Shown piece by piece: positions 47,559-61,726 of a DNA stretch of 64,000 nt. The notes below the pieces were generated by a model. It saw nothing but the letters and a program-made list of their open reading frames with translations. It was not told the DNA's origin and searched no databases. Origin of the DNA: Lepidodermella squamata. Lineage: Eukaryota > Animalia > Gastrotricha. Position 1 is the first letter of the stretch, and each line of letters starts with the position of its first letter. A program made the translations under genes and the position numbers. The stretch covers positions 4,030,001 to 4,094,000 of the forward strand of contig JBLDXI010000015.1 in assembly GCA_047495785.1 (NCBI GenBank), read 5' to 3'.

Positions 47559-48670
47559 ATGGCAGCAAGTCGACCAAGTACTGGCAGTCGTCTGAACAAC
47601 CCTTGCGAATCTGCCATAGATTACCATTTCTCTCTCTCTCTCTTTCTCTGTTTGAAATGCCGTGAAATGTCGAGTTTGGAGGATGTCTTCGAGTCGTCCA
47701 ATTGCGGCCATCTATTTTGTCGACGTTGTGTGACATCTTTCATCTTTGACGGCTACCTTTTACGCTGTCCGATGTACCCGCGTTGCCAGGCTGAACTGTC
47801 TCGCGAGGAAGTTGCTCTAGTCATCGACGAGAGCGACATTTTAGACTTCTGTACATCGGACGTAGCTGATGGTTTTGAAGAAGAATGGAAGAAGATGACA
47901 TGTCCTATGACCGATTGCAAGGTTCGGAAATATCTTTTTTTTTATTTTAATCTAAATAATAAAATTTTTAGGAATTTTCGAATTTTATTTTAATCTATAA
48001 AATTTTAATTTTTTAAATGTCAATAGTTAAAAACTGCTGAAAATTAATTTGCACCAAAAGATCGGCGAGATGCTGTGTAAAGATGTGTTGATCTCGTTGA
48101 TCTTAAGCAAAAAAGAATCATTAAAATATCACGCTTTTTTTTATTCTCTGCAAGCCGCGGCGTCCTATAATCATTCTGGCATCAGCAGTCTAGGGTCTAG
48201 GAAGCCACCATTAATCATGACCATTAATTGTTTCTACCTAGCTTATGGTAACCATCATTCATTGCATGAGTTCCAGATAGGAACATACAGCCCTGACAAT
48301 CTCTAGTTATAAAGTGTACAGATAAGAGGAAAATAATAGTCAGTTCAAATCATAGGATTTTTCAGGGGTAGCTATTTTTGCCCTCCAGGCGTTTATGGTA
48401 ACCATAGCAGAATAAAAAATCCCAGGATCAAAATGGAACCGAAGTATCGATCAAGAAGACAGAAAAGCCGAAATCTCAAAGAATCGGAAGACATTATTTT
48501 GAGGGCGCCTAAATTCAAAGCTCGAACCTCAATTTTAATTATGAAAATATGACGGCTCTTTGTTTTATCTGAATTCTTTACTTATTTATTTATTCTTTTC
48601 TAGGGAGAACTGGCGCTTCAAGATGCCGAAACTGTCGCCGAAGCTGATGAAATGAAGCGTCTTACTGACA
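47559..48670 (+). pseudogene. Gene C4: internally deleted, truncated RBR gene
   Basis: First RING fused to the tail of the last RING (EEEW-KKMTCPMTDCK). The IBR exon at 48604 breaks at 48670 into B-C intergenic-type sequence. Confidence 0.85.
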
Positions 48671-49257
48671 AGTTCGAATGATTGATCGCTTGTTTTAGTA
48701 ATATCAAATACACATTACTTGATATCCCAGGAATGAAATGAAAACTATGACCCAACTCTCAACTTTTTGCGCTGAATACGATGGTGCAAAGCATTTGGAG
48801 AAAAAATTGAGTAGAATGCATGTTTTACCTGTCCGAAAATACCAACTTTTGGGGGGTATCCGAATTCTAGAAAATTCAAAGTCGACGATTCCAGGCCGAG
48901 ACTAAGGGTACATACTGGGACTATTGAGATGTACCTCCAGTAAAAATATCACGCAATGAATCACGGCAATACTTATAATATGAAAAAACCAGTATTATGC
49001 TTTACTGTGGACGAATTATCTTTTGTCACAGATACCTAATAGTCTCTGGTGCTTCAATCTATGGTGAGAGACACCTAGTATATGTGATATGAAAGTAAAA
49101 TTGTACGTCATGGCGCGCCAGCGAGACTTTATTCTTCAAACGAATTTTTATTTTTGCGACCTCATCTAAATATACTTGTCACCATTACGATCAAATGGAG
49201 AGCTTTATTGAGTAAATTGAAACGATTATACTGTTAGGTTCATTTTTTATTCCGCGA

Positions 49258-49595
49258 CATTGTGTGACCACTTAAAAGTCCAATCTAATGCGCACGCTGA
49301 TTGGTCAATCGATCGTTGCTATGACTCCCGGATGAAACGTTCTGTCGTGCGATCCATAAGATTTTTTGCAACAAGTGTTTTTTGCCGCAGCAATTTACCA
49401 CAATTAATATGGAGTTTACGCTCGTGGTCAATGGAAACCGGGCAGATGGTGTGGCAAGGTCATTTTTTTCATAAATATAAAATAATTTATTAGTGGATCG
49501 CACGACGGAAATGTTTCATTCCGGAGTCATTAGCAACGATAAATTGACCAATCAGCATGCGCGCCAAGGTTCAACTTACCAGTGGTTCCACAATG
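49258..49595. mobile_element. Hairpin MITE with long inverted arms and 2-bp GA duplication
   Basis: CATTGTG..CACAATG termini, about 100-bp inverted arms; the empty site is visible in the paralogous flank near 57985 (TTCTGCGAGTATCGCG). Confidence 0.88.
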
Positions 49596-49744
49596 GAGTA
49601 TCGCGACTTTTTCGCACCTGACCCAGTTTCCTTCCTTTTGCGCGCAGAATGTCTACATTTTATCTGTAATTACACTTTTTCAACGAAAACAGAAAATGAA
49701 ATAAAGATATTATAATGAATCATGCATAACATTTAAAGCAAATG

Positions 49745-50321
49745 ACCGAAAATAAGTGAAAAGTGGGGTTTGGCGAAAATTTTGACATGGTGAGATTTTG
49801 ATGCCGCTTTCAAGATCAGTAAACGAGGAGTCGATTGGTATATAAAATAGGTTGATAGTCATCCAGGGTTGCCGAGAAAATGGGCTTTACAGTTTAGGAG
49901 TGAAAATTTCTAATTTCGAAAAATGCGCGCTTAAAATAATTGAGTTTTCAAAACCTATATTAAAAATCCCCCTACTTATAAATTCTGATGTTATATTTTT
50001 CATGCGATGTCGACATTTCATAGGGCAATCTGAGGTGAGGAATCTCGCTATATATTCAACAATTTTGTTGGGATCAAGCTAGTGTCTCTGGGACAACCTC
50101 AATCAATGGCACTTCCCAGAGCATCTCTGGGGTTTTCCGTGTTTTAAGGCGGATGGGAGCATCCTTGAGTTCTGAAATTTAAAAATTCAAAATCCTCAAT
50201 AAAAACTGAGTAAAGACATCTAGGAATCTAAGAATCTTCCCTCCTCAAGTCAACACACGTTTTGCCATTTGCTTGAAAATACAGAAAATACGCCAAACCC
50301 CACTTTTCACTTATTTTCGGT
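49745..50321. mobile_element. Non-autonomous DNA transposon with ~31-bp perfect TIR
   Basis: ACCGAAAATAAGTGAAAAGTGGGGTTTGGCG and its reverse complement; CAAATG on both flanks (exact TSD length ambiguous). Confidence 0.85.
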
Positions 50322-50946
50322 CAAATGAAAGATAAATCTTATGGTGAAGTTGCTTGCTTTTCAGGGCTTGGTTGATGTCTTTCGAAGCGAGTGCCGTTAA
50401 GATGAGTAATTTAGCGGATTCCATTGTCCAGTTATAATCCATTATATAAATACATTTTAGGGCGATTGCTTTGGAAGATGTGAACCTCTGTTCTATATCA
50501 GGGAAGCTGGAAACCCCAGCTACCGGCAAGGCTACCGGACGTTGGAAACCTTTGATTAACCCGCTAATAATCATTTATTATTGTAAACAGTTATTTGAAT
50601 ATAATTTGAAAGAAGCGGTGTCGCATTGCGTGGCCCCGGGTCCTCCAATCCAGATCTCTATGAGCATAAGAAGTGGTCAGTTTTTTGTTCTTCTTAGCGA
50701 AAAATGATGATTCAAATTCAAAAATACAACTTCCTTGATAACGCGATAATAAATTCCAAGAGGGAGTAATCTCAAAATCGGTGCTCATAATTTATCGGCA
50801 AAAGATAATTACTGACAACGGCTTCGAAATTCCAAGAACAACTAATGACGTAGGTGTTAGGTTGTTTTTATCGCGACACTTACGTATTATGAACGCACAG
50901 TATGTCTTATTTAGGAATATATTATTTTCCGGTGATAGGACAGAAA

Positions 50947-53139
50947 GGATAGGAGATAGACAGAGAAAATTATAGAATAGCTAGAAATGAGAAAAATCAG
51001 GCCCTTGAACGCTTGAAAATTATTAAGGATCAAACTGAATTTTCTGAATTGGACAAATTACTTGAAAATCCGACTGATTATGATAATATCAAAAAATTCT
51101 GGCTGGAAATAAAAAAATTGAGGGGAGAGAATAGAGAGAAAAGCGAACCCAATCCTCTTGAAAAAGAAGACGGCTCACTTACCAGCGGAATTGACGAAAT
51201 ATTAGAAGTAATGAAAACGTATTTCATTGATCTTTTACAAGGACTTGAAAAGGAACCAATAACCCCGACGATGAAATTCTATTAGATAAAAATCCAAATT
51301 TAACGGAAATTACTCTCACCGAAATTAAAAATGCCATCGACCACATGAAAAACGGTAAAGCCCCGGGTATAGATGAAGTAAGACCCGAAATGATCAAAGC
51401 TCTGAGCGAGGCCAATATTGAATGGCTCAGGGAAATTTTGAATCGAGCTTGGATAGATAAGAGGGTCCCAGAAGAATGGTCAACGGCTATAATTACCCCA
51501 ATTTATAAAAATAAAGGTGAGAAATCAAAATGCCAAAATTACAGAGGCATTAGCCTCTTAAGTGTTGTAGGAAAACTCTATGCCATTATTCTCGAACGAA
51601 AATTGAGAGCATTAATTGGGTCAAAAATTTCTAAACTGCAATTTGGTTTTCAACCCTTCAAGGGCACCAGAGACTGCATTTACGTTCTCCGACAAATTAT
51701 TGAGAAAATTATATTCTTTAAGAAGGAACTCCACCTAGTCTTCATCGATCTCGAAAAAGCCTATGATCTGGTGGACAGGGAAAAAGTATGGGCCGCCCTC
51801 CAAAATATGGGTGTAGAACCCAGCTTAATTGAAGCTATTCAAAGTCTATATAAAGTAAATAAAGTTGCTGTTAGAGTCGATTCTGAGCTCTCCGATTTCT
51901 TCTATGTTACCAGGGGACTAAGACAGGGTTGCCCGTTGTCTCCTTTGCTATTCATAGCGACCTTCAACAAAATTTGCGAAAAAATATCTGCTGAAAAATT
52001 AGGCTTTCCTATTAGCGAAACCGCAAACAGCGAGACCGCTATGAGCGAGACTGATTTCCTAAATTTACTAGCGTTTGCTGACGACGGAACACTTTTAGGC
52101 ATGAACCACGACGAAATTTCACGACTACTTCACATTTTCGATTTGGCTTGCACCGAATTAGGTCTGAAAATTAACGCGGCAAAAACTCAATATATGATTA
52201 TTTCTAGAGACGAGTCAGCCACTCAAAATTACGAATTGGAATTGAACGGGAAAAAACTTGAAAAAGTGACCAAATTTAAATATTTAGGGAGTTTTATTAC
52301 TAGTGACGGCAAAATCGATGAGGAACTAAACTACAGAATTTCTAAGGCAGGCAGTGTTTTCGGCGCCATGAATAAATTCATGTGCAACAAAAGTCAGGTT
52401 TCCATAGCTACAAAACTTAAGGTACTGACATGTGTTATAATACCTACCATCATTTACGCCTGCGAATCGTGGAACATATCGATAGCCCAAGAAAATAGAC
52501 TAAACACTATAGAATATCGATGGCTTCGATCTATAGTAGGTGTCCACCTAATGGACTATATTCCAAATATAGACATTCGACTCGCGTTATGCGGAGGTCT
52601 CATTGAAGTGAGCCGCATTGTTGAAAAACAAAGGCTAAGGTATCTAGGTCACATAATTAGGTCACGTGACTATGACGTAGAAGGACTAATACACAAAATA
52701 TATATTTGGACGCCTCCGCTTGGGTGGTTTGCACCCAGAGGTAGACCTCGAACCAGATGGATCAACGGAGTGCATAGAAGCCTAATTAAAGTAGGTCTTA
52801 CTAAGGAAATTCGCCGGAAAAAGAAAACCAATAAGAAAAATAAGGTCAAGGATAAGAAAAATAAAACCACTAAGAAACGAGAAAATAGAAAAAATCCCGG
52901 CGAAAAGGATTTTGAGATCAAAATTATTCCCGATGTCCAACTAGCGGAATCGGTCTCTTTCGAAAAAGATGAATGGCGCACGGTTGTAAACTCGATTGAA
53001 AATTATGAATTCTATACAAAAAGCAGAATCCTCGACTGTGGGGGTGGGTGAGGTTCATTCTTCGCCTGCTTTCGCCCTCTTCAAAACCGGAAACGGTACA
53101 CGACGCTCAGTCTCGAAGAGGCAAAATAAAACTATTATT
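50947..53139 (+). mobile_element. 5'-truncated RTE-like LINE inserted in the 5' part of gene B5
   Basis: 12-bp TSD ATAGGACAGAAA (50935-50946 and 53140-53151), AATAAA plus TATTATT tail. Confidence 0.92.
51013..53051 (+). pseudogene. RT-encoding ORF of the RTE-like LINE (no endonuclease, frameshift near 51270)
   Basis: KAPGID, NYRGISLLS, FIDLEKAYD, GLRQGCPLSP, FADD, FKYLGS, RLRYLGHI, RGRPRTRW. Confidence 0.9.
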
Positions 53140-53178
53140 ATAGGACAGAAAACTGGTAGTAGAGTGAAGGATTCAACG

Positions 53179-55085
53179 ATGAGTCGTGATGACCGCATGC
53201 ATTCTTCAAGCTCGTTCAGTAATCACTCTATGACTGGTGCTTCCCCACCTAATCCTTGGATTGAACGAGTTCAACTACAACGAAGTCAATACAGCGTTAA
53301 CAGCGAATCGGCTTGCACTTTGATGGCTGCTGAGGCCACTCTACGACTTTTAAGCACTGATGAATTCACTGGCCATCTAGCCCAGCCAACCGTCAACACT
53401 TTGGAAAAGATTCTCGATACGAGTTCAAACGTTAAATGCGACCATCTAGCTGCGCAAGATGTGTTCGACGGCGGCGTTATTCGATATTCGATGGGGTTGG
53501 TATACCACTCGGAAAAGCAAATTCTCCTAAAAGATATCGCTAAACTTGCCAAGGTAGTGACAAAATCGCTGGATAATGGCCCGTTCGGTCTATTAATAAT
53601 AAAACCGCCTGAATCAATTGCTTTGATCGTACAATCCGCGACTCGATTCATTTTATTCGACTCACATGGCCGACCCCATACTTCTGGTGCCTACTTCTCT
53701 GTTGCAAATTCTATTACTTCGATTTTGAGTGAAATTAATTCGATTTGGCCCGTCACACATTGCGATGACAGCAGCGGTTCGTCACTGCAATTTGAGATGC
53801 TGAATACACTTCAGTTTGGGGCTATTACTCGGAAACCAATTCCGATTCGCCAGCTGCCTCATCTGGATCTGTTGCCAGTGCGACATTCTAGTTTGGAGGC
53901 TAAGGTTTCGGATTTGGCGAAGCAGGTCTCAACACTTATGAAGGAACTTGGTGTCGCTCAGGTAACATATTTAATTATTAATTTTTATTTAATCGAGCAT
54001 TGAAAATTGCGAAGTTTTTTGAATTTGCAGCAATTTTCCTTAAAATCCTAAAGGGGCTCATAATTTCAAAAAGCTGAATACTGAGGGCTTAATACGGACG
54101 ACGAGCAAGTTTCACGTAAAAGTAAACGGGGGTGTGACATTTGGGGTTCTTTATACTTGATATACGAGTCGACCGTCTTTCTGAGTATCGCGGCGATCAT
54201 GGTAATATTTTCGATCACGAGTTTGGAACGCAATTGAAAATTATTAGTCATGAGAGGCATGTTTAAGTTTTATTTGCACGCGGTACTATTTTAGGCCTGG
54301 GGGCTTAAATCGGGAAAGGTCTTATTATAACCCTGAGGATTTAGTCCGGATTTTAAGGTATTCAACAGTCAAACCATCCATTTACCTCATTTGAGATTCA
54401 AGAATTTGAAATGTACACAGGAAAAACCTGAGCTGAAACCGATGGTTGTTACTGGGTTTTCAAAGTATCACCCGTTTGGACCAAATTGTTCAGATATTTT
54501 TGTTTTTCAATGAAATCACCTCCCCTTCAATTTCATCGATGCATCCTCGAATTCTGCTACATAATGGAGGTGATATTTTCATTTATCTTACAGCTGCGAA
54601 TCGTTGAGCTTGAAAGCAGGAATGTGAGCATGGTTTCAGAACTGTCACGATTCTTAAACAGCCTTCTGCAAGTTCAGACCGCCTCAGCCGTTAACAATAC
54701 CGAAGCGATCAACAAATTGGCTCACGAATTTAACCTTTCGTTGAACACAGCGAACGCCGCTTCTACTTCAGCCACGCCGACAACAGCTGAAAATATGCCC
54801 GAAAAACCGATTATTAACTATTTCCATTGCTGCCGATGCCGTCAGACTATGTCGAAAGAATACGTCTTCAGCGTGTCGACCTGCTCTCATGAAATGTGCC
54901 GCGAGTGTGCTGGTTTGTACATCGGACATAAAATTGTGGCCATGAGTTATCCAATTGTGTGCCCAGTCCCAGATTGCCACCAGGCAATGAACCCCGAAGA
55001 TATCCGTCTTGTTTTGAATGAAAATCAAACGGCATTATTCAACAGGGATATAGAAGGATATCATCACAGGCAGCATTTTCGTTAG
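53179..55085 (+). CDS. Gene B5: VTD-like deubiquitinase + coiled coil + RING1-type finger; native 5' end disrupted, remaining ORF intact
   Basis: Exons 53179(or 53005)-53961 and 54594-55085; SQY, SAC and FDSH retained. Confidence 0.7.
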
Positions 55086-55225
55086 GGCATGTCGTTTTTG
55101 CCTGCCCTTGCCCTGATAAATTCGAACGATGATTGATCGCTTGCTTTATTAGTATCCGATACCATTGCCTTGAATATCCAAGAAGCAAATGAAAAAATGA
55201 CTTCTCTGAATACCTTAGGCTTTTA

Positions 55226-57586
55226 ATGGCATCAAGTCGACCAAGAACTGGCAGTCTGGACAGCCCTCGTCCCGAATCTGCTACCAAAAATTACCGGCAT
55301 TTTCTCTGTTTGAAATGTCGTAAATTGTCGAGTTATGAGGATGTCTTCGAGTCGTCTGATTGTGGCCACCTATTTTGTCGACATTGCGTGACATCTTTCA
55401 TCCTCGACCGCTACCTTTTGCGCTGTCCAATGTACCCGCGTTGCCAGGCTGAACTGTCTCGCGAGGAAGTTGCTTTAGTCATGGATGAGAGCGACATTTT
55501 GGACTTCTGCACCTCAGATGTTGCTGACGGCATTGAACAAGAATGGAACCCGCAGGAGGCTGAAAAAGAACAAAGTGTCGATCCTGATGCAACCAAGTGT
55601 CGCTTTAGCGACGATCTTTTCCAAATCTCTACCGTTTCTGCGCATCAAATTTGCGCTGCCACGGGCCATAGTGTGGCAGCCATGCCGGCAGCAGCTAAAA
55701 ATAAGCCTGAAAAACATATTATTAGCAGTTTCGATTGCTGCCAATGCCGTAAGACTATGTCGAAAGAATACGTCTTCAGCATGTCGACCTGTTCTCATGA
55801 AATGTGCCGCCCCTGCGCTATCATTTACATCGGTGACAGAGTTTGGGACAAGCAGTATCCAATCGGGTGCCCAGTCCCAGAATGCCGCAAGAAAATGGAT
55901 CCAGAAGACATCTATCTTGTGTTGGATAGAAAACTAATGGAATCATTCAAACCGGATCTACAAGCGATCAACAAATTGGCTCACGAATTTAACCTTTCGT
56001 TGAACACAGCGAACGCCGCTTCTACTTCAGCCACGCCGACAACAGCTGAAAATATGCCCGAAAAACCGATTATTAACTATTTCCATTGCTGCCGATGCCG
56101 TCAGACTATGTCGAAAGAATACGTCTTCAGCGTGTCGACCTGCTCTCATGAAATGTGCCGCGAGTGTGCTGGTTTGTACATCGGACATAAAATTGTGGCC
56201 ATGAGTTATCCAATTGTGTGCCCAGTCCCAGAATGCCACAAGATAATGGATCCTGAAGATATTTACCTTGTGTTGAATGAAAATCAAACGGCATTATTCA
56301 TAGATGGATATCATCAATGGCAGCACCGTCACATTTTTGAACACGGCTCTGAACAAGAATGGAAACCTCAGGAGGATGAAGATGAACAAAGTGTGGATCC
56401 CGATGCATCCAAGTGTGGCATTTGCGACGTTGTCAGTTCGAGCGACGATCTTTTCGAAATTTCTACCGTTTGTGCGCATCGAATATGCCGCGAATGCGCT
56501 GCGACGTGGCTGCGTTTGGCTCCAAACAGCGTCATAAGCATCAAATATTGTCCGATTCTGGATTGTTCAATCACATTTGAGCAAAGTCGGGGGGAATCAT
56601 TGCTCCAATTCGCTGATTTGCTGCCGACTCCACCTCCGGAAGAATTCACGTGTGAAATCTGCTTCACGACTCAGGTCATCTTCGACGTCTTCCAGCTTCG
56701 TGATTGCCAGCACCAGATTTGTCGCGATTGTGCTCGTGAATACATCCGCTCGCTGACTGCCGACATGAAGAAGATGACGTGTCCTATGACCGATTGCAAG
56801 GTTCGAAAATATTATTTTTATATCTTTAATTGTAATTTGTAAAAATAATTAATTATCAGATTTTACAGATAATTTTACGGATCTATATTTTCAGCTTTAC
56901 TGAAATAACACCTTAAATTTTACTCGCAAAATCGCACAGAACCGAAAGAAATTATTTAGAGCGTTGCTAAATTTAGTGCTGGAGCCTCAATTTTAATTAA
57001 GAAAATATTACTGCTCTTGCTTTTATTTTTATGCTTTAATTATTTATTTATTCCCTTTTAGGGAGAACTGACACTTCAAGACGCCGAAACTGTGGTCGAA
57101 GCAGATGAAATGAAGCGCCTTACTGACATGCTGCTGAAAAAAGCTGTCATCGACTGCTTCCATTGCCCAAAGCCGGACTGCCGCGGCCTGGCCGAGATGA
57201 TCCCACCTTGCGTTCGTTTCATCTGCCCCGTTTGTAACTATAACATGTGTACGCAGTGCAACGCTGACTGGCATGCGACGGCCACGTGTGAGGAGTACGC
57301 GAGGTGGCGCGAAGAAAACGGAACTGCCGATCAGCGTTTTACTGAATACGTCCGCGATCGGAAAGTACAGGTTTGCCCGGCTTGCAAGCAGGGTGTCGAG
57401 AAAACCGAGGGCTGCAACCACATGACATGCCGCTGTGGGGCTCATTTTTGGTCAGTTACTTATTGAATTGTCAACAATCACACAACTTGAAAATGTCCTT
57501 TTAGTTACTTATGTGGCAAGCGGTTCCAGATAGCTAATTGGGAACCACATGGCTCTTGTCCTTTGTTCCGTTATGATAATATATGA
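55226..57586 (+). CDS. Gene C5: poly-RING RBR E3 ligase (5 complete RING1-type fingers + remnant, IBR, RING2), intact
   Basis: Exons 55226-56800, 57062-57450, 57505-57586 in frame. Confidence 0.88.
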
Positions 57587-58029
57587 CATGGTGATTCGAT
57601 AAATCCTGATAATGTCGCGGACTCGATCAGTTTCAACTGCAATTTCTGCCTTATTAATCTAGGCTTCCCAAATGGTGTCGAATGCAATACTTGTAATATG
57701 AAAAAACCAGTATTATGCTTTACTGTGGACGAATTTTCTTTCGTCACAGACACCTAATAGTCTCTAGTCTCTGGTGCTTCAATCTATGGTGAGAGATACC
57801 TAGTATATGTGATATGAAAGTAAAATTGTACGTCATGGCGCGCGGTGCTCCAGCGAGACTTTATTCTTCAAACGAATTTTTATTTTTGCGACCTCATCTA
57901 AATATGCTTGTCACCATTACGATCAAATGGAGAGCTTTATTGAGTAAATTGAAACGATTATACTGTTAGGTTCATTTTTTTATTCTGCGAGTATCGCGAC
58001 TTTTTCGCACCTGACCCAGTTTCCTTCCT

Positions 58030-59480
58030 TTCGCGCGCAAATTTATCAAACCAACGATCAAAATTCAGATTCAGCGATCATCCGGAAAGCTGGTGATTTT
58101 TATTGAAATACATTTTTCCAGTAGATTTGAAAATCGCATGTCTTGTTTCGTGATTATTAAACAAAATCAGAATCCTGATTTAGACGCTCAATACATTCAC
58201 CTCTTGCGCTTGTTCTCCCTGAAGGAAAGGCGGCTGCTAATTTTGAAAGTATACAACGGTCGATTTTTCTATCCCGTCTTCGATTTGCACTCAGCTCTCC
58301 TAAATCTTTTTCCAGCGTGGTTCATCGATTTGTGACATTTTTCGCAAAGTTTTATCGGCTCCCCTCTTTTTTGCGATAATTTTACAAATCCGCTTACAAC
58401 GGCCTTCCATTGTTTTGTTGCCTTTGGATTCCGATGACTGCAGCGAAGACAAATCTTGGGCTGCTCTTTCATTCGCATGATAACTTTTCAAGAAATAAAA
58501 AATCTACTCAATTTGTATAAAAATATTTAAAATATTTATTTACAATTTTTGAAATTTACATAATTCGTATTTTACATTGTTCATACGTCATTTGTATTTG
58601 ACAGTAATCGTATATGTATATATACATATCACATATAACGCTGTTTCGTTCGCTTCAGTCGTTTCAAATCAATCGCTGACTTCGACATCGCTATCACCGC
58701 TGCTGCTGCTGCTGGGTTCGCTCAGCAAGGCGACGGTCGACGTTAGTTTTGTCAAGGTCGGAGACGGAGGCGATGATGTAACAATAATCGGTATCTGCGC
58801 TGGCGGTTCGATGTGTGACGTTTGCTTCACCGGCGGCTGAGACATGCTGAGAAAGCTGCTTTGGGACGGCAGCTTGACCGGCTGTTTTTCTTTCTCTTTC
58901 TTCGCCTTATCAGCTTTTTTAGCAGCTTGAGCTAGTTAATAGATGAAGTTAATAGATGAATGACGCCATGCTCGAAATTCATATTATTTTATAATTTACC
59001 TTCCGATTCTAGGCAACAAAGGCGATTTCCATCCGATGTAATCAAGCTTAAATCCGATGATTGAATGCTGAGCCGTCGATTGGAATGTGCGAGCTGGATA
59101 GCCAAAGAACTTCACTTTAATTTGCCGATTAGAACTAATACCTGGCTGACAAGTAGAAAAACCCAAATAGTGGCTATGAATAGAGACATCGTTTGCGTCG
59201 TTATGCAACGTTACCAATCGTTAGTTAAACTACGCCGCCTTATATTTGCCACCAGCCACCTTGAAACGGATGCAAACCAGCGGATGCACTCAAGCTTAAA
59301 TCCGAATTATTGTACGGCGCTAACGCCTTATTGGAACCCCATTTCCAAGCGAAATCTACTATCTGTCGTAATAGTTGATACGTACGTTACTGACTTTTTT
59401 GTCAGTGCTTGTGCTTTCAGCTCATTCATCTTATAGTTTTCAGGTTACATGAGTCATGATGATTCAATTTGCGCGCTCTC
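58030..59480 (-). other. Unrelated insertion with small coding-like fragments (CxxC..CxxC ORF 58269-58478; Lys/Ser/Pro-rich frame at about 58660-58925)
   Basis: Interrupts array homology; short inverted GCGCGCAAATT near both ends; ORF CLRC..CEKC. Confidence 0.3.
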
Positions 59481-59868
59481 GTCCCGAGTCCCCAAAACGT
59501 CATCTTGCCGTCACCATGTTGTTTTCATCTGATGTTTTTCAGACCGTTTTTCACTATAATGGCGTGAAGATGATGTTTAGGGAACCCGAATAACAATTGT
59601 GGCGAACGGGCGCTCAACCCGTCTTGATGACGTGAAAATAAATTACGAGTATAAACATGCATCTAAGAAGCAATGTAGCGCTTCAAGCATTTATCGCCCA
59701 CACACAATTGTTGACAAAACTGCTATTTATAACTTGAAAATCCCAAGGATGACTGGAACATGAAGCAGATGACTAAAATAAAAACAATGATTCATATTTC
59801 ATACCAGTTTGATTTCGCTATCATCGCAGCAGTTGCGACACGAAGGAATACGTTAATTTTATTCACTA

Positions 59869-61603
59869 ATGAGTTTCCCGACCGAATATAGTTTTCACCC
59901 TTTGCCTTCTGATTCTGAGGACTGGACAACTGCTACTAGAAAGAAGAGCTCAAGGATAAATAGTGATGAACGCCAGTATTCTTCAAGCTCGTCAAGCAAG
60001 CGCTCAACGGCTATAGCTTCGTCATCTAATTATTGGATTGAACGAATTGATATACAACGAAGTCAATATAACGTCAACAGCGAATCAGCTTGCACTCTGA
60101 TGGCTGCTGAGGCTATTCTACGACTCTTAAGCACCGATTAATTCTCTGACCATCTAGTCCAGCCAACCAGCGAGACTTTGGAAGAAATTCTTGATACATG
60201 TTCAGACGTTAAATGCGACCACCTAGCTGCTCAAGATCTGTTCGACGGAAGTATTTCTCGATATTCGATGGGGTTGGAATACCACTCGGAAAAGCAAATG
60301 CCCCTTCAAGATATCGATAATCTTGCGAAGTTAGTAAATAACTTGCTGGATAGTGGCCCGTTCGCTCTATTGTTGACCAAACCGCCTGAATCAATTGCTT
60401 TGATCGTACAATCGGCGACTCAATTCATTTTATTCGACTCGCATCGCCGACATCATACTTCAGGTGCTTATTTCGCTATTGCCAATACTATCACGTTGAT
60501 TTTGAATGAAATACAACTGATTTGGCCGGTTACGCATTTCGATGACGGCTTCGGCTCGCAAATTGAAATGCTGAATACTCTCCAGTATGGAGTGATTTCT
60601 AGGAAAGCAATTCCTCTTCCCCAGCTGCACTATGATGTGTTGCCCATGCGACATTCTAGTTTGGAGGCTAAATTTTCGGATTTGGCGAAGCAGGTCTCAA
60701 CACTTACAAAGGAACTTGGTGCCGCTCAGGTAAGATGACCTTCGAGAATTTTTTAATAGATATTAAAATTCAGCGTGTTTTACGAAATATGCGAATATTT
60801 CCTTGAGTTTTCAACTGTTTTCATGCTGCCTGATAATTGCCCTCAATATAATTATAAATTTATATAAAATTATTTAAAATTAATATTCGCTATAACCGGA
60901 GAGTCGATGGGATCTGGTTCGATTATTATCGGAATTTTACCCGGTTTGACCGAATTTTTTTCCAATATCTTATTTTCCGTCTAGTGATAGCCTTTCTTTT
61001 AATCACACCGAAAATTGTAGACTTATGATAGAAACTCTATTACTCTGTGGATCTTTTATACAAGATTTCAATCATCAGCAGCTGACGAGGACGGTCAAGG
61101 AATCTTCCAAGCTGAATCTTGTGCTTTTAATCTTTTCAGTCGCAAATTGCTGAGCTTGAAAGCAAAAACGCGAGCATGGTTGCTGACCTGACGCGATTTT
61201 TCAACAGCTTTCTGCGAGTTCAGGCCGCCTCATCCGCTAACAATGCCGAGGCGATCAAGAAACTGGCTGTTGAATTCAACCTTCAACTGAACCCAGCTGC
61301 TTCCACATCAGCTACTCCGGCTGCTAAAAATGCGCCCGAAAAAACCTAATTATTAGCACTTTCGATTGCTGCAAATGCCGTAAGACTATTTCGAACGTCT
61401 TCAGCATGTCGACCTGTTCTCACCAAATGTGCCGCCCATGCGCTAGCATTTACATCGGTGACAGAATTTGAGACAAGAAGTATCCAATCGTGTGCCCAGT
61501 CCCAGAATGCCGCAAGAAAATGGATCCGGAAGATATCTATCTTGTGTTGGATGAAAAGCAAATGACATCATTCAAACCGGATCTACAGCGCTATCGTTTA
61601 TAA
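59869..61603 (+). pseudogene. Gene B6: DUB-coiled coil-RING pseudogene
   Basis: GAA>TAA at 60139-60141; exon 2 (from 61140) has indels near 61345 and 61390. Confidence 0.88.
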
Positions 61604-61726
61604 AATTTGTTGATATCTGATTCGAACGATTGATCCATTGCTTCAATAATATTCAATACCAATAACTTATATCCGAAAATGAATTCAAAGAATGACTTTT
61701 TCTCTGCATCAACTTTAGGCTTTTAA

